NCBI GenBank assembly: GCA_041744215.1
Contig: JBGTLG010000026.1
Coordinates: forward strand, 1-64,000
Direction of reading: 5' to 3'
Length of the DNA stretch: 64,000 nt
Source of the DNA: Fimbriimonadales bacterium
Lineage (GTDB): Bacteria > Armatimonadota > Fimbriimonadia > Fimbriimonadales > ATM1
Part shown: positions 29,744 through 38,966 of the stretch, piece after piece
How positions within the stretch are numbered: the first letter of the stretch is position 1
Layout: each line of letters begins with the position of its first letter
The notes under the pieces: generated by a model
The model's input: only the letters and a program-made list of their open reading frames with translations
Databases searched by the model: none
Told to the model about the DNA's origin: nothing
Made by a program: the position numbers and the translations under genes

Positions 29744-30376
29744 ATGCGCACTCTGCTGTTGTCTGGCCTTGTCACATTGCATCTTGCCGGGACGGCGCTC
29801 GTTGTGTACCTGTTGCTTCCCGTCGACTTGAAGTCAGAGGCGCGTAAGCTCATGCAAGCAAGTCTGACCGGCGATACAGGGACCATGTACCGATACTGCG
29901 CAAACCACGAACGAAAAGCAGGCGGCCTAACAGAAGAAAAGTGGAACAGGGTGTATAACGAAGTTGTGCGCCCTCGACTTCAACCATTAGAAGTTAAGAG
30001 CATCGCAGATCCTTGGGGTGACTCGGGGCCTTCGGGACAAGCAGGGGTTGATGCTGAATTGATCGACGATCGAGGTCGCGTTTATGGTTGGTCGGTGCAG
30101 TTGAATTCGTCTGATCACGGACCCGCAATGCTACTAATGGACATGGTGACTCAGACGTGGACCATCGAGTACATTCGAGTGCATGGATCGGCTCCCAGCG
30201 ACGTGAAGAGCTTTTTCCAAGCGGGCCCCGACGGACTCGCGAAAGATCGCCCCTTGCTCGAATCAATCGGATTGACTGGGAAAGTCGGCACCGACCCAGA
30301 AAGTCCCGTCAAGACATGGGATGAACTGGAACAGTTTTACAGAAACATGATCGCATCCGCAGATTCCGAAGAATAA
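29744..30376 (+). CDS. Hypothetical membrane-anchored protein
   Basis: N-terminal TM; starts 3 nt after the Cys-rich gene. Confidence 0.7.
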   Translation: MRTLLLSGLVTLHLAGTALVVYLLLPVDLKSEARKLMQASLTGDTGTMYRYCANHERKAGGLTEEKWNRVYNEVVRPRLQPLEVKSIADPWGDSGPSGQAGVDAELIDDRGRVYGWSVQLNSSDHGPAMLLMDMVTQTWTIEYIRVHGSAPSDVKSFFQAGPDGLAKDRPLLESIGLTGKVGTDPESPVKTWDELEQFYRNMIASADSEE

Positions 30377-30379
30377 ACT

Positions 30380-30937
30380 CTAAACCTCCATCAATTCCGC
30401 GTCTTTCTTCTTTTGCAGATCATGGATTTCAGCGACAAACTTATCCGTTAACTTCTGGATCTCGTTCTCCAGCCGCTTCTTCTCATCTTCGCTCATTTCT
30501 TTGTCCTTCAGAGCTTTTTCGACATGGTGCAAGACATCGCGTCGAACGTTGCGAATCGCAACACATCCCTCTTCGCCTCGTGCGTGAACTTGCTTGACCA
30601 TCTCTTTGCGCCTATCCTCTGTCATCTGTGGGAAGTTCAATCGAATCCCTGTGCCGTCGTTGACAGGATTGATGCCCAGATCGCTTTTCATGATCGCTTT
30701 TTCAATCGCCGCAAACGCAGACTTATCGTAAGGCTTGATCAACAGTTGTCGCGGTTCGGGAACGCTGATGTCCGCAATTTGGTTGAGCGGGGTTTCGACG
30801 CCGTAGTACTCAACGTGAACACGGTGAAGTACTTGTGGGTTTGCTCGTCCCGTCCGATAGCTCGCGAAATCTCGCTGCGTTGCTTCGACGGCATGTTCCA
30901 TTCGGTTCTTTGCATCTTTGATGAATTGATCGGTCAT
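30380..30937 (-). CDS. frr: Ribosome recycling factor
   Basis: RTGRANP, PLNQIA, IRNVRRD, IQKLTD. Confidence 0.96.
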   Translation of the reverse strand: MTDQFIKDAKNRMEHAVEATQRDFASYRTGRANPQVLHRVHVEYYGVETPLNQIADISVPEPRQLLIKPYDKSAFAAIEKAIMKSDLGINPVNDGTGIRLNFPQMTEDRRKEMVKQVHARGEEGCVAIRNVRRDVLHHVEKALKDKEMSEDEKKRLENEIQKLTDKFVAEIHDLQKKKDAELMEV

Positions 30938-31668
30938 GATTCGCCTCCTACCCAAGTTCCGATTGTTTCGCCCATGACGGCTCTTCTCATCGCGCCTGCC
31001 TCCTGAAGGCTCAGGACGATGATCGGGAGACTGTGCTCCCGACAAAGCGTGAATGCGGTTTGATCCATCACCGCGAGTTGTTTGCTTATCGCCTCCTCGA
31101 AGGACACGGCGTCGTATCGCGCCGCGTCGTTATGTTTTCGTGGGTCCTTGTCGTAAACCCCGTCCACGCGCGTTGCCTTCACGACGGCCTGTGCGCCGAT
31201 TTCAAGCGCGCGAAGCACTCCAGCAGTATCTGTTGTGAAAAATGGGTTTCCTGTGCCCGCTGCGAGGATGACGATGCGACCCTTCTCAAGGTGCCTCAAT
31301 GCCCTTCGCCTGATGAACGGTTCACAGACAGCTTGGACATTGATCGCGCTCATGAGCCGCGAGGCAACGCCAAGCCTCTCGATGGCCTCCTGCAGAGCCA
31401 CTCCGTTGATAATCGTCCCGAGCATCCCCATGCTATCTGCGACGGCTTGGTCCATGCCCCCTGCTTCGTGCAAGATTCGACCTCTGACGAAGTTGCCGCC
31501 ACCGACTACGACCGCAGCCTGAACGCCCGCCTTGTGGACGGCGACGACCTCCTCGGCGATGTATCTGGCGGCACTGGGGTCGATGCCTTGACCCTGCTCA
31601 CCAGCGAGAGCCTCTCCGGAGAGCTTCAGGAGGACTCGGTCTAGCTTCTTTCGGAGAACGGGGATCAT
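30934..31668 (-). CDS. pyrH: UMP kinase
   Basis: LLKLSGEAL, VGGGNF, GNPFFTTDT, DGVYDKDP, VMDQTA. Confidence 0.96.
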   Translation of the reverse strand: MIPVLRKKLDRVLLKLSGEALAGEQGQGIDPSAARYIAEEVVAVHKAGVQAAVVVGGGNFVRGRILHEAGGMDQAVADSMGMLGTIINGVALQEAIERLGVASRLMSAINVQAVCEPFIRRRALRHLEKGRIVILAAGTGNPFFTTDTAGVLRALEIGAQAVVKATRVDGVYDKDPRKHNDAARYDAVSFEEAISKQLAVMDQTAFTLCREHSLPIIVLSLQEAGAMRRAVMGETIGTWVGGES

Positions 31669-31724
31669 GGGTGGCGGTAAGTCTACTCCACGGAAGCGGC
31701 GCACTCGCCAGTACCAATACTGGG

Positions 31725-31753
31725 TTGACGCTGGACAACATTTCCAGTACACT
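31725..31753 (+). promoter_or_regulatory. Putative sigma70 promoter of the PEP-CTERM gene
   Basis: TTGACG-N17-TACACT. Confidence 0.6.
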
Positions 31754-31795
31754 GAAACTGGTGCCTGGATTCAACCAGGCGCGAAAGGAGGCACT

Positions 31796-32641
31796 ATGAG
31801 ATTCGTTCTTGCTATCGTAGCCATTGCGACGGTCGGGTCGGCAAATGCCCAGCTAATCGTCGGCAACGATCAGTCGGGTACTGCTTCGATCTTTATGGTC
31901 GATGTCGCGACCGGCGTCGCAACACCTCTCTACTCGAGTTCAACTACAGCCGCAAAACCTTGGGGCATGGCTGCAGACAACGTGAACGGGATCCTCTATT
32001 GGAATAACGGCGGAAATCTGTTCCAAGCGTCGTTCGCCGACCTGCTGGGCGGAACTGCGAACCCGACGTCGATCGCGATGACGTTCAATGGCGCGTCCGT
32101 CAACTACGTTGGCCTCGGCTACAACCCGGCCACCGGAAAGCTGCTGGGGACTCGCAACATCGCGACAGAGGCAGTGTACGAGATCGATCCCGCGACTGGC
32201 GTCTCGACACAGTTGTATGTTTACAACTCTGCGTTCGATCATGGTGGACTTGACTTTGACGACGCTACCGGCAAGCTGTACGGCTTATCGGACACCGCGC
32301 CCGCGGGTCTCGTTCGCGGGCTGTATCACATCGACTATGTCGGAATGACGGAGATATTCATCTCGGGTTATCCCGCGGGAGAGACCGATATCGACGGACT
32401 CGCCGTTGGCGGGGGTCGGGCGTACTACGTTACCGATGGGCCAAACACGACCCAGGCGAATTTCTACGTCGTCGACATTGCATCAGGGGCTCACCTCGGC
32501 ACGCTGCCGTCACCGTTCACAGGCAGCGGGACGTTCAGCGCCGCGGCTTGGGCGCCGGGTCTGGTTCCAGAGCCGGCGACGATGCTTGTCCTCGGTGCCG
32601 GTCTCGCCGCGCTTGCAGCACGACGTCGACGAAGGCAGTAG
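31796..32641 (+). CDS. PEP-CTERM sorting domain protein (probably beta-propeller-like)
   Basis: AAGGAGG SD; signal peptide ending ANA; C-terminal VPEPATMLVLGAGLAALAARRRRRQ. Confidence 0.92.
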   Translation: MRFVLAIVAIATVGSANAQLIVGNDQSGTASIFMVDVATGVATPLYSSSTTAAKPWGMAADNVNGILYWNNGGNLFQASFADLLGGTANPTSIAMTFNGASVNYVGLGYNPATGKLLGTRNIATEAVYEIDPATGVSTQLYVYNSAFDHGGLDFDDATGKLYGLSDTAPAGLVRGLYHIDYVGMTEIFISGYPAGETDIDGLAVGGGRAYYVTDGPNTTQANFYVVDIASGAHLGTLPSPFTGSGTFSAAAWAPGLVPEPATMLVLGAGLAALAARRRRRQ

Positions 32642-32664
32642 TCAGTCGAAGTGTGACAAGAAAA

Positions 32665-32702
32665 GAGGCTCCGAGGATCAACTCCTCGGAGCCTCGCTTT
32701 TC
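32665..32702. terminator. Bidirectional intrinsic terminator
   Basis: 13-bp stem GAGGCTCCGAGGA/TCCTCGGAGCCTC flanked by an A-run and a T-run. Confidence 0.85.
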
Positions 32703-32709
32703 GCACAAG

Positions 32710-33576
32710 TTAGGCTTTCGCGCTGATGGGCTGCTTCCCAGCTTCTAGGCGCACGAACTCGACGACGGTGACGTCGCCACCTTGCTCCTTCAGTATTTCG
32801 CCGACCTTGCGGCTCAGCTCGGCGTACCAGGGCTGCTCTAAGAGGACTACCTGCTGCAGGAACTCCTTGCCAACCTTGCCTTGGGCGATTTTCTCAGCGA
32901 TCTCCTCAGACTTGCCCGAGTCGAGCGCAGCCTGCTTTTCGATCGCCAACTCTTTGCTCAGTCGCTCCTGGTCAACGTTGTCTTTAGAGATGTACTCTGG
33001 CGAGAACGCGACGATTTGCGTCCCAACCTTGTTGGCCAATTCCTGTTTGCCGTTCCCGCCGGCGCTCAGCACAACAATTCCGGCTTTCGCCTTATCATGA
33101 TGCAGGTACACGCCAACGCCTTCACCTTCAACACGGATGACCGAGCCGAGTTGAATGTTCTCCCGGATTTTGCCGACGGCATCTTCGACCAACTCCTTCG
33201 CAGAGCGTCCGTCAATCACGGCAGCCGAGGGGTCGTCGCCAGGCGGGTTTGCAACGAAGTGGTCGGCCAATCTCTGCGCGAGCGCCTGGAAGTCCTCGTT
33301 TCGAGCGACGAAGTCAGTCTCGCACAGCAGCGACACTGCTGCCGCGGCTTTTTCGCCCCGTGCAACTGCGATCACTCCGTGGGCAGTCTCGCGATCTGCT
33401 CTCTTGCCTGCGGCCATCTTTCCGGCCTCGCGAAGGATCTCTTTTCCTCGGGCCACCAGATCGTCGTCTCCTTGGACGCCTTCGCTCTCGGCTTGCTCAA
33501 GCGCTCTCTTGCACTCCATCATAGGAGCGTCCGTTTCTTCTCGTAGTCGTTTTACTAATGCTGCAGATATGGGCAT
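32710..33576 (-). CDS. tsf: Elongation factor Ts
   Basis: VKRLREET.APMMECKRAL, CETDFVARN, KIRENI, LLEQP. Confidence 0.96.
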   Translation of the reverse strand: MPISAALVKRLREETDAPMMECKRALEQAESEGVQGDDDLVARGKEILREAGKMAAGKRADRETAHGVIAVARGEKAAAAVSLLCETDFVARNEDFQALAQRLADHFVANPPGDDPSAAVIDGRSAKELVEDAVGKIRENIQLGSVIRVEGEGVGVYLHHDKAKAGIVVLSAGGNGKQELANKVGTQIVAFSPEYISKDNVDQERLSKELAIEKQAALDSGKSEEIAEKIAQGKVGKEFLQQVVLLEQPWYAELSRKVGEILKEQGGDVTVVEFVRLEAGKQPISAKA

Positions 33577-33579
33577 GGG

Positions 33580-34461
33580 TCAGTCCTCTTCTTCGTCCTT
33601 TGCTCGGGCTCGGCTTCTTGAGCGGTCGGCGCCTTCCAGGTCTTCTTCGAGCTGATACTTTTTGAGCATCTCCAGTTCCATCTCGCCGAGCGGAACTGCT
33701 TCTGGCTCTTCTTCCACGGGTACGGCCACGGCTTCCTCGACAGGTTCGCCCTCGATTTCGGCTTCGCCGGCGATTGCGTCGACTGGCCGAAGCTCAAGGA
33801 TCAGATCGGCGATCTTGCCGCTAATCAGGCGTACGGCCCGGATCGCGTCGTCGTTTCCAGGGATCACGTAGTCCGCATCGTCAGGATCACAATTAGTGTC
33901 GACGATGGCGACGATCGGAATCTTCAGTGTTCGAGCTTCCTGAACCGCTATAGCTTCCTTCTTGAGGTCGACGATGAACATGAGGTCGGGCTGACCATTG
34001 ATGTCCTTGATACCGTCGAAGTATCGGTGCAGCCGCTCGAGTTCCTTGAGGCGCATCATCATCTCTTTCTTCGTGAGGCGGGCCAAGTAGCCTTCCTCCT
34101 TCATGCGATCGAGCTCTTTCATGCGGGCAAGGCGCCCCTGCATCGTCTTCCAATTGGTAAGCAGACCGCCCATCCAACGCTCGGAGACGTATGGCATCTT
34201 GCAGCGTGTCGCTGCCTCGCGAATCGCTCCCTCGGTCTGCTTCTTCGTGCCGACAAAGAGAACGCTCCCGCCACCTTCGATGGTTTCCCGGACCTTCGCC
34301 ATCGCGTCCTCAAACAGCTTGATGGTTTGATGCAGATCGATGATGTAGATGCCGTTGCGCGCGCCGTAGATGTATCGCTTCATTTTCGGGTTCCACCGGC
34401 GCGTGGCGTGCCCGAAGTGAACTCCTGCTTCGAGGAGTTCCCTCATAGTTAAGGGTGTCAA
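33580..34461 (-). CDS. rpsB: 30S ribosomal protein S2
   Basis: [36 protein letters not shown]. Confidence 0.98.
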   Translation of the reverse strand: MTPLTMRELLEAGVHFGHATRRWNPKMKRYIYGARNGIYIIDLHQTIKLFEDAMAKVRETIEGGGSVLFVGTKKQTEGAIREAATRCKMPYVSERWMGGLLTNWKTMQGRLARMKELDRMKEEGYLARLTKKEMMMRLKELERLHRYFDGIKDINGQPDLMFIVDLKKEAIAVQEARTLKIPIVAIVDTNCDPDDADYVIPGNDDAIRAVRLISGKIADLILELRPVDAIAGEAEIEGEPVEEAVAVPVEEEPEAVPLGEMELEMLKKYQLEEDLEGADRSRSRARAKDEEED

Positions 34462-34471
34462 TTGTTGCTCC

Positions 34472-34537
34472 TAGGGTTTTTCCTCCGGCCTCAACGCACC
34501 CCTTCTCGGGGCACCCTCGGAAGGCGAGGCCGTGTGA
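34472..34537 (-). promoter_or_regulatory. rpsB (S2) autoregulatory leader RNA
   Basis: Minus strand reads CACAC-GGCCTC...GGGTGCCCC...GGGG...GAGGCC-GGAGGAAAAACC, the same architecture as the E. coli rpsB leader as I recall it. Confidence 0.7.
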
Positions 34538-34641
34538 GATGAGGCTATTTTACCCCCGAAACCAGCCCTTCAGGTTTGCGGATAATCGACCGATCTGGTA
34601 TACTGCGCGTCCGCCTCGAACCTGGCAAGGAGAAAGTAGTC

Positions 34642-34812
34642 TTGATCGAAGTCATCGTTCAATCGAACGAAAGCATAGATAGCGCCCTGAAGAGATTCAA
34701 CCAGCGAATCCAGCAGAGCGGCGTTTTGCGCCAGCTGAAAGAGCACATGCACTACGAGAAGCCCAGCGACAAACGACGCCGGATGAAGCGTCGAAGTCGG
34801 TCTCGCCGCTAG
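34642..34812 (+). CDS. rpsU: 30S ribosomal protein S21
   Basis: NESIDSALKRF..SGVL..HYEKPS; AAGGAG SD; upstream TTGCGG-N17-TATACT. Confidence 0.92.
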   Translation: MIEVIVQSNESIDSALKRFNQRIQQSGVLRQLKEHMHYEKPSDKRRRMKRRSRSRR

Positions 34813-34860
34813 ATTTCCAAGTCCCTGTGGTCTGCCGCCGACCCGAATCGGAGGCAACCT

Positions 34861-36447
34861 ATGAGTACTCTCCGACTAAAGTCACGACAGGTTTCGAAGC
34901 CCTCCGATGCGAAGAGGCTTCCGAAAGGCTTCGCCGTAGCAGTTGGCTACTTTTTTGGGGCGTCAGCCCTCTCCCTCGCGCTGCTCGCACACACTGTCCC
35001 TCCGTTCATGCCCGGCAAGATTTTGGGCGTTTTTGCGCTTGTGCTGATAACCATGCTTCTGCACGGCCTGCACTTGCGGCAGTATCCGGTCAAGGGTGTC
35101 AGCGGCTGGGTTACCGACCGGATCATCTGGACCTCTGTCTTCCTGGGCATTGTCGGAATGCAGTTGACCACTCACGCATTGGGTCGGGGCGTAGTCCAAA
35201 GCTCTGAGCTATCGCCTTTAGTCGTGGCTCCGATGCTGGCCGTAGGTTTGCTGGTGAGCGGCTTGCTTGGGCCCGCGAAGGGCATATTGGCCGTCTCACT
35301 TGCGGCGATGGCTGCAGTTCTGACGCAGGTGTGCCCGGTCGAGTTGATCGTCGGTGGATGGATCACCGCGTCCATTGGGGCGCATGCAGTCAATCCGCTA
35401 AGACAGCGAAACGACCTGATGCGGGCGACCTACGTCACGACCGGCATGTTCGCTCTGCTCGCGCTTGCGATTGCGATGATCACACAACTCCCTTGGCGAG
35501 AAGCTCTACTCTCGTCGTGCTGGGCGGCTCTCGCTGGGTTTGTGTCTGTAGCAGTCTTTTGGCTTTGCGTCGTGCCATTCGAGCGGGCGTTTGGCGTTGT
35601 TTCTGACTGGACCCTTTTGGACTTAATCAATCCAGAACACCCCATTTTGCGGGATCTGGTTATCAAGGCGCCTGGAACATACGCGCATAGCGTCATGGTT
35701 GGCAATCTTGCTGAGCATGCGGCACGCGCGATAGGTGCGAACGCGCTGCTTTGCAGAGCAATGGCTTACTATCACGATATAGGGAAGACCAAACGACCCG
35801 ACTTCTTCATCGAGAACAAAACCGGAGACAATCCGCACGACAGATTGACGCCAGCTCTTAGCGCAAAGATCATCTCTGCTCATGTCAAGGACGGGTTAAA
35901 GCTCGCCGAAGAACACCGGTTGCCGCCAACGATTCGCGATGGCATCGCAGAGCACCATGGCACAAGTCTTATCTCCTACTTTTACTATCTCCACAAGGAA
36001 ACGAATCGCGAGAAGGAGCGATCGACCGCGGTGATCGCCAAGGAGATCAGCACGAACGACCCGCTGATGGAGCAGCATTTTCGTTATCCAGGTCCCCGCC
36101 CCAAGACAAAAGAAACCGCTGTATTGTTGCTCGCCGACAGGGTCGAAGCGATAACACGCACCAGACCGCCAGGCTCTCCCGGCCGGGTGCGCGCGCTGGT
36201 ATGGGAGATCATTCAAGATGTACGCGAAGATGGCCAACTTGATGACAGCGAGCTGAACTTTAGAGATTTGCAAACTATCGTCGATTCTTTTGCGTCGTCG
36301 CTGGGAGCGCTAAGACACGAACGGATCGACTATCCTGGAGCGAACTTGGATGCAATTGAAGAGGAGTCATCGAGTCCTGGTGTCGAACAGAGTGAAAAAG
36401 GGGCTACGCACCCGGGGCCTGAAGACGGCAATAGCGAAGATGCTTGA
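34861..36447 (+). CDS. Multi-TM HD-family phosphohydrolase (PgpH/YqfF-like cyclic-dinucleotide phosphodiesterase)
   Basis: APGTYAHS, YYHDIGK, FFIEN, AHVKDG, EHHGT, FRYPGPRP, LADRVEA, HERIDYP. Confidence 0.88.
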   Translation: MSTLRLKSRQVSKPSDAKRLPKGFAVAVGYFFGASALSLALLAHTVPPFMPGKILGVFALVLITMLLHGLHLRQYPVKGVSGWVTDRIIWTSVFLGIVGMQLTTHALGRGVVQSSELSPLVVAPMLAVGLLVSGLLGPAKGILAVSLAAMAAVLTQVCPVELIVGGWITASIGAHAVNPLRQRNDLMRATYVTTGMFALLALAIAMITQLPWREALLSSCWAALAGFVSVAVFWLCVVPFERAFGVVSDWTLLDLINPEHPILRDLVIKAPGTYAHSVMVGNLAEHAARAIGANALLCRAMAYYHDIGKTKRPDFFIENKTGDNPHDRLTPALSAKIISAHVKDGLKLAEEHRLPPTIRDGIAEHHGTSLISYFYYLHKETNREKERSTAVIAKEISTNDPLMEQHFRYPGPRPKTKETAVLLLADRVEAITRTRPPGSPGRVRALVWEIIQDVREDGQLDDSELNFRDLQTIVDSFASSLGALRHERIDYPGANLDAIEEESSSPGVEQSEKGATHPGPEDGNSEDA

Positions 36448-36829
36448 ATCTGAAGATCAGCCTCCAGCTGAGATATCTGTGTTGATCGAGAACGCTGAAG
36501 AAATTCGGCGGCTAAATCGGGAGTTTCGAGGCATCGACTCGCAAACCGATGTCCTCTCTTTCCCTGTATCGGCTGCGCCGGAGGTCACTTCGCATCGCGT
36601 TCTTGGAGATATAGCAATCTCGCTTGACGCTGCGATTGCAGGCGCGAATGAGCGTAACACGGACTTAGAAACTGAGCTCGCGTGCCTGGCAGTGCATGGC
36701 GCGCTGCATCTCATCGGCTACGACGATGTTACCGACAGTTCTCGCGGAGTAATGATCTCGAAGATGAACGAGGCAGTCCGTGCTGCTGGTATGGAACCTG
36801 CGGAGGAGTGGGCATCACTTCCACATTAG
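36350..36829 (+). CDS. ybeY: rRNA maturation RNase YbeY
   Basis: LNREFRG, TDVLSFP, LGDIAIS, HGALHLIGYD. Confidence 0.92.
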   Translation: MQLKRSHRVLVSNRVKKGLRTRGLKTAIAKMLESEDQPPAEISVLIENAEEIRRLNREFRGIDSQTDVLSFPVSAAPEVTSHRVLGDIAISLDAAIAGANERNTDLETELACLAVHGALHLIGYDDVTDSSRGVMISKMNEAVRAAGMEPAEEWASLPH

Positions 36830-36831
36830 CT

Positions 36832-37539
36832 ATGGGACACAACTTCCTCAGGCCATTCGCTGTCGCAGTAAACGGAATCGTTTACGCGTTCAAAACTCAG
36901 CGTCACATGCGCTTCCATTTGTACGCTGTCGTCTCCGTGATCCTGCTTGGTATGCTCATGAACCTGCGACTTCGCGAAATGATGATCCTGCTGTTCATGA
37001 TTAGCTTTGTTGTTGTTGCCGAAATGTTTAACTCCGCTATCGAGGCAGTTGTGGATCTCGCCCACCCAACCTATCATCCACTTGCGAAGTTCGCGAAAGA
37101 CATGGCTGCAGGATCAGTCCTGGTGACAACAGTCTGCGCGCTTGTTGTTGCGTTGCTCCTTTTCGTAGGCGATGGCAGGTGGGAAGAGATTACTCTGCTG
37201 CTTGCCTCTCCCGAAGCGCAGCAAGGTTGGCTTGGGCGATTCTTCCTGGGTGGCCTTGCACTGTTTTTCTTGATCGTCATCGGAAAAGGGCTTGGCAAGA
37301 GAGGACAAGTACTCCGGGGGGGGTTAGTTTCAGGACATGCTGCGTACTCGTTTTTCTTTGCCGGGGCGGTGGTCTTCCTCAGTGGAAACGCTGCTGCCGC
37401 GGCTCTCGCGATTCTGCTAGCCGTTATGGTGGCGCAGAGCAGATGGGAGGCTCGTATTCACTCGTTGTTCGAACTCGGCACGGGCGCGACGCTCGGTAGC
37501 CTTATGTCGTTGGTGTTGTTTGGACTAGGTGCCAGATGA
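36832..37539 (+). CDS. dgkA: Diacylglycerol/undecaprenol kinase with a C-terminal PAP2-like domain
   Basis: EMFNSAIEAVVDL, KFAKDMAAG; C-terminal SGHAA...QSRWEARIH. Confidence 0.85.
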   Translation: MGHNFLRPFAVAVNGIVYAFKTQRHMRFHLYAVVSVILLGMLMNLRLREMMILLFMISFVVVAEMFNSAIEAVVDLAHPTYHPLAKFAKDMAAGSVLVTTVCALVVALLLFVGDGRWEEITLLLASPEAQQGWLGRFFLGGLALFFLIVIGKGLGKRGQVLRGGLVSGHAAYSFFFAGAVVFLSGNAAAAALAILLAVMVAQSRWEARIHSLFELGTGATLGSLMSLVLFGLGAR

Positions 37540-38966
37540 AGAAGATAAGGTTTGACTTTGGCTATGCGCTCGCTATTGCTTCGACTTTCCTAGCGATTGC
37601 CATGATGTTCCACCGTGGTAGCGAAGCGTTCATTGCATCCGCCTCAGGTTGGAACGTTACGTTTTCTGAGGCGAGCGTCGCAATTGCGCTGGTGTTTGCG
37701 CTCATGGTTGTGAATGCGCTCTTCCACGCAGCTGAAGCTGCTTTGACGGGTCTACGCAGATCTCGCATCGACGACCTAAAAGAGAACGGTGATCCCTCAG
37801 CAAAACGCCTTGAGCACCTTCAGCGCGAATCGCATGCGTACTTTGCGACGTGTCAAGTTGGATTTCAGGTCGCACGAGTGGGAATTGTCACCGCTGCGGT
37901 GCTTGCTGCGCCTCCATTGGCGATACTGCTTAGCGGGTCCAATCCGCCTGGGGCGGTCTGGATGGTCGTTGGGATACTGGTGCTGATAACGGCCGTCGCA
38001 CTCATCAATCTGGCGTTCGTTGAGTTGCTTTTCCGGGGAATTGCTCGCAAGAATCCTGAGAATTGGGGCCGCAGGCTGTACGGCTTCCTTCGCTCGATGC
38101 GCGTACTGCTCGCGCCGCTCGTATGGCTTGTCAAGGTCGTTGGTTCCGGGATCGCTCGGCGGTTTGGCATTGGGCCCCTCTTTGCCCCGGTGATGATTAC
38201 TGAAGAACAGTTGATCGAACTCGTCGAAGCTTCAGAGCAATCTGGTGAACTAATGGAAGACGAGAAGGAGATGATCCACTCGATCATCGAGTTCAGCGAT
38301 ACCGTCGCCCGAGAAGTTATGACCCCGAGGACAGACGTCGACGCAGTTGAAGTGACGGCCACACCGACCGAAGTTGCTAAAGTCATTAGAGACACAGGAC
38401 ACACCCGCATTCCAATATACGAGGAATCGATTGATCGAATCGTAGGAATCGTCCACGCAAAGGACCTGCTTCAGGCGTTACTCGAAGGGAACGGCGTGAG
38501 CCTCAGGGATATCATGCGCGAACCGTACATCATCCCTGAGAGCAAAGACTTGCATCAGCTACTTGGCGAATTTCGAAGCGGACGCACGCAGATGGCAATC
38601 GTACAAGACGAGTTCGGGGGAACCGCCGGCATTGTGACGATCGAGGATTTAGTTGAGGAAATCGTTGGCGACATCGTCGACGAGTATGACGTCGAGGAAG
38701 CGGATATCCAAGAAGTCGGTGAGGGATTGTGGCTGATAGACGGCCGGACACATGTCGACGACGTAAACGACGAGATTGGCTCTAAGTTTGAAAGCGAAGA
38801 GTTCGACACTATCGGTGGATATGTGTTCGGGCTTTTTGGCAGACAGCCGGAAGAGGGCGAGTGCATTGATTCCAATCTTTGGGAATTAGAAGTGGCCGAA
38901 ACTGACGGGCGGCGTGTTGTCAAAGTGCGCGCAAAGCGAAAACCGGCTGTGGAAAACCTTGTCTAA
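37536..38966 (+). CDS. Hemolysin family CNNM/CBS/CorC protein
   Basis: FHAAEAAL, AREVMTPR, HTRIPIY, DEFGGTAGIVTIEDLVEEIVGDIVDEYD, DTIGG. Confidence 0.92.
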   Translation: MKKIRFDFGYALAIASTFLAIAMMFHRGSEAFIASASGWNVTFSEASVAIALVFALMVVNALFHAAEAALTGLRRSRIDDLKENGDPSAKRLEHLQRESHAYFATCQVGFQVARVGIVTAAVLAAPPLAILLSGSNPPGAVWMVVGILVLITAVALINLAFVELLFRGIARKNPENWGRRLYGFLRSMRVLLAPLVWLVKVVGSGIARRFGIGPLFAPVMITEEQLIELVEASEQSGELMEDEKEMIHSIIEFSDTVAREVMTPRTDVDAVEVTATPTEVAKVIRDTGHTRIPIYEESIDRIVGIVHAKDLLQALLEGNGVSLRDIMREPYIIPESKDLHQLLGEFRSGRTQMAIVQDEFGGTAGIVTIEDLVEEIVGDIVDEYDVEEADIQEVGEGLWLIDGRTHVDDVNDEIGSKFESEEFDTIGGYVFGLFGRQPEEGECIDSNLWELEVAETDGRRVVKVRAKRKPAVENLV

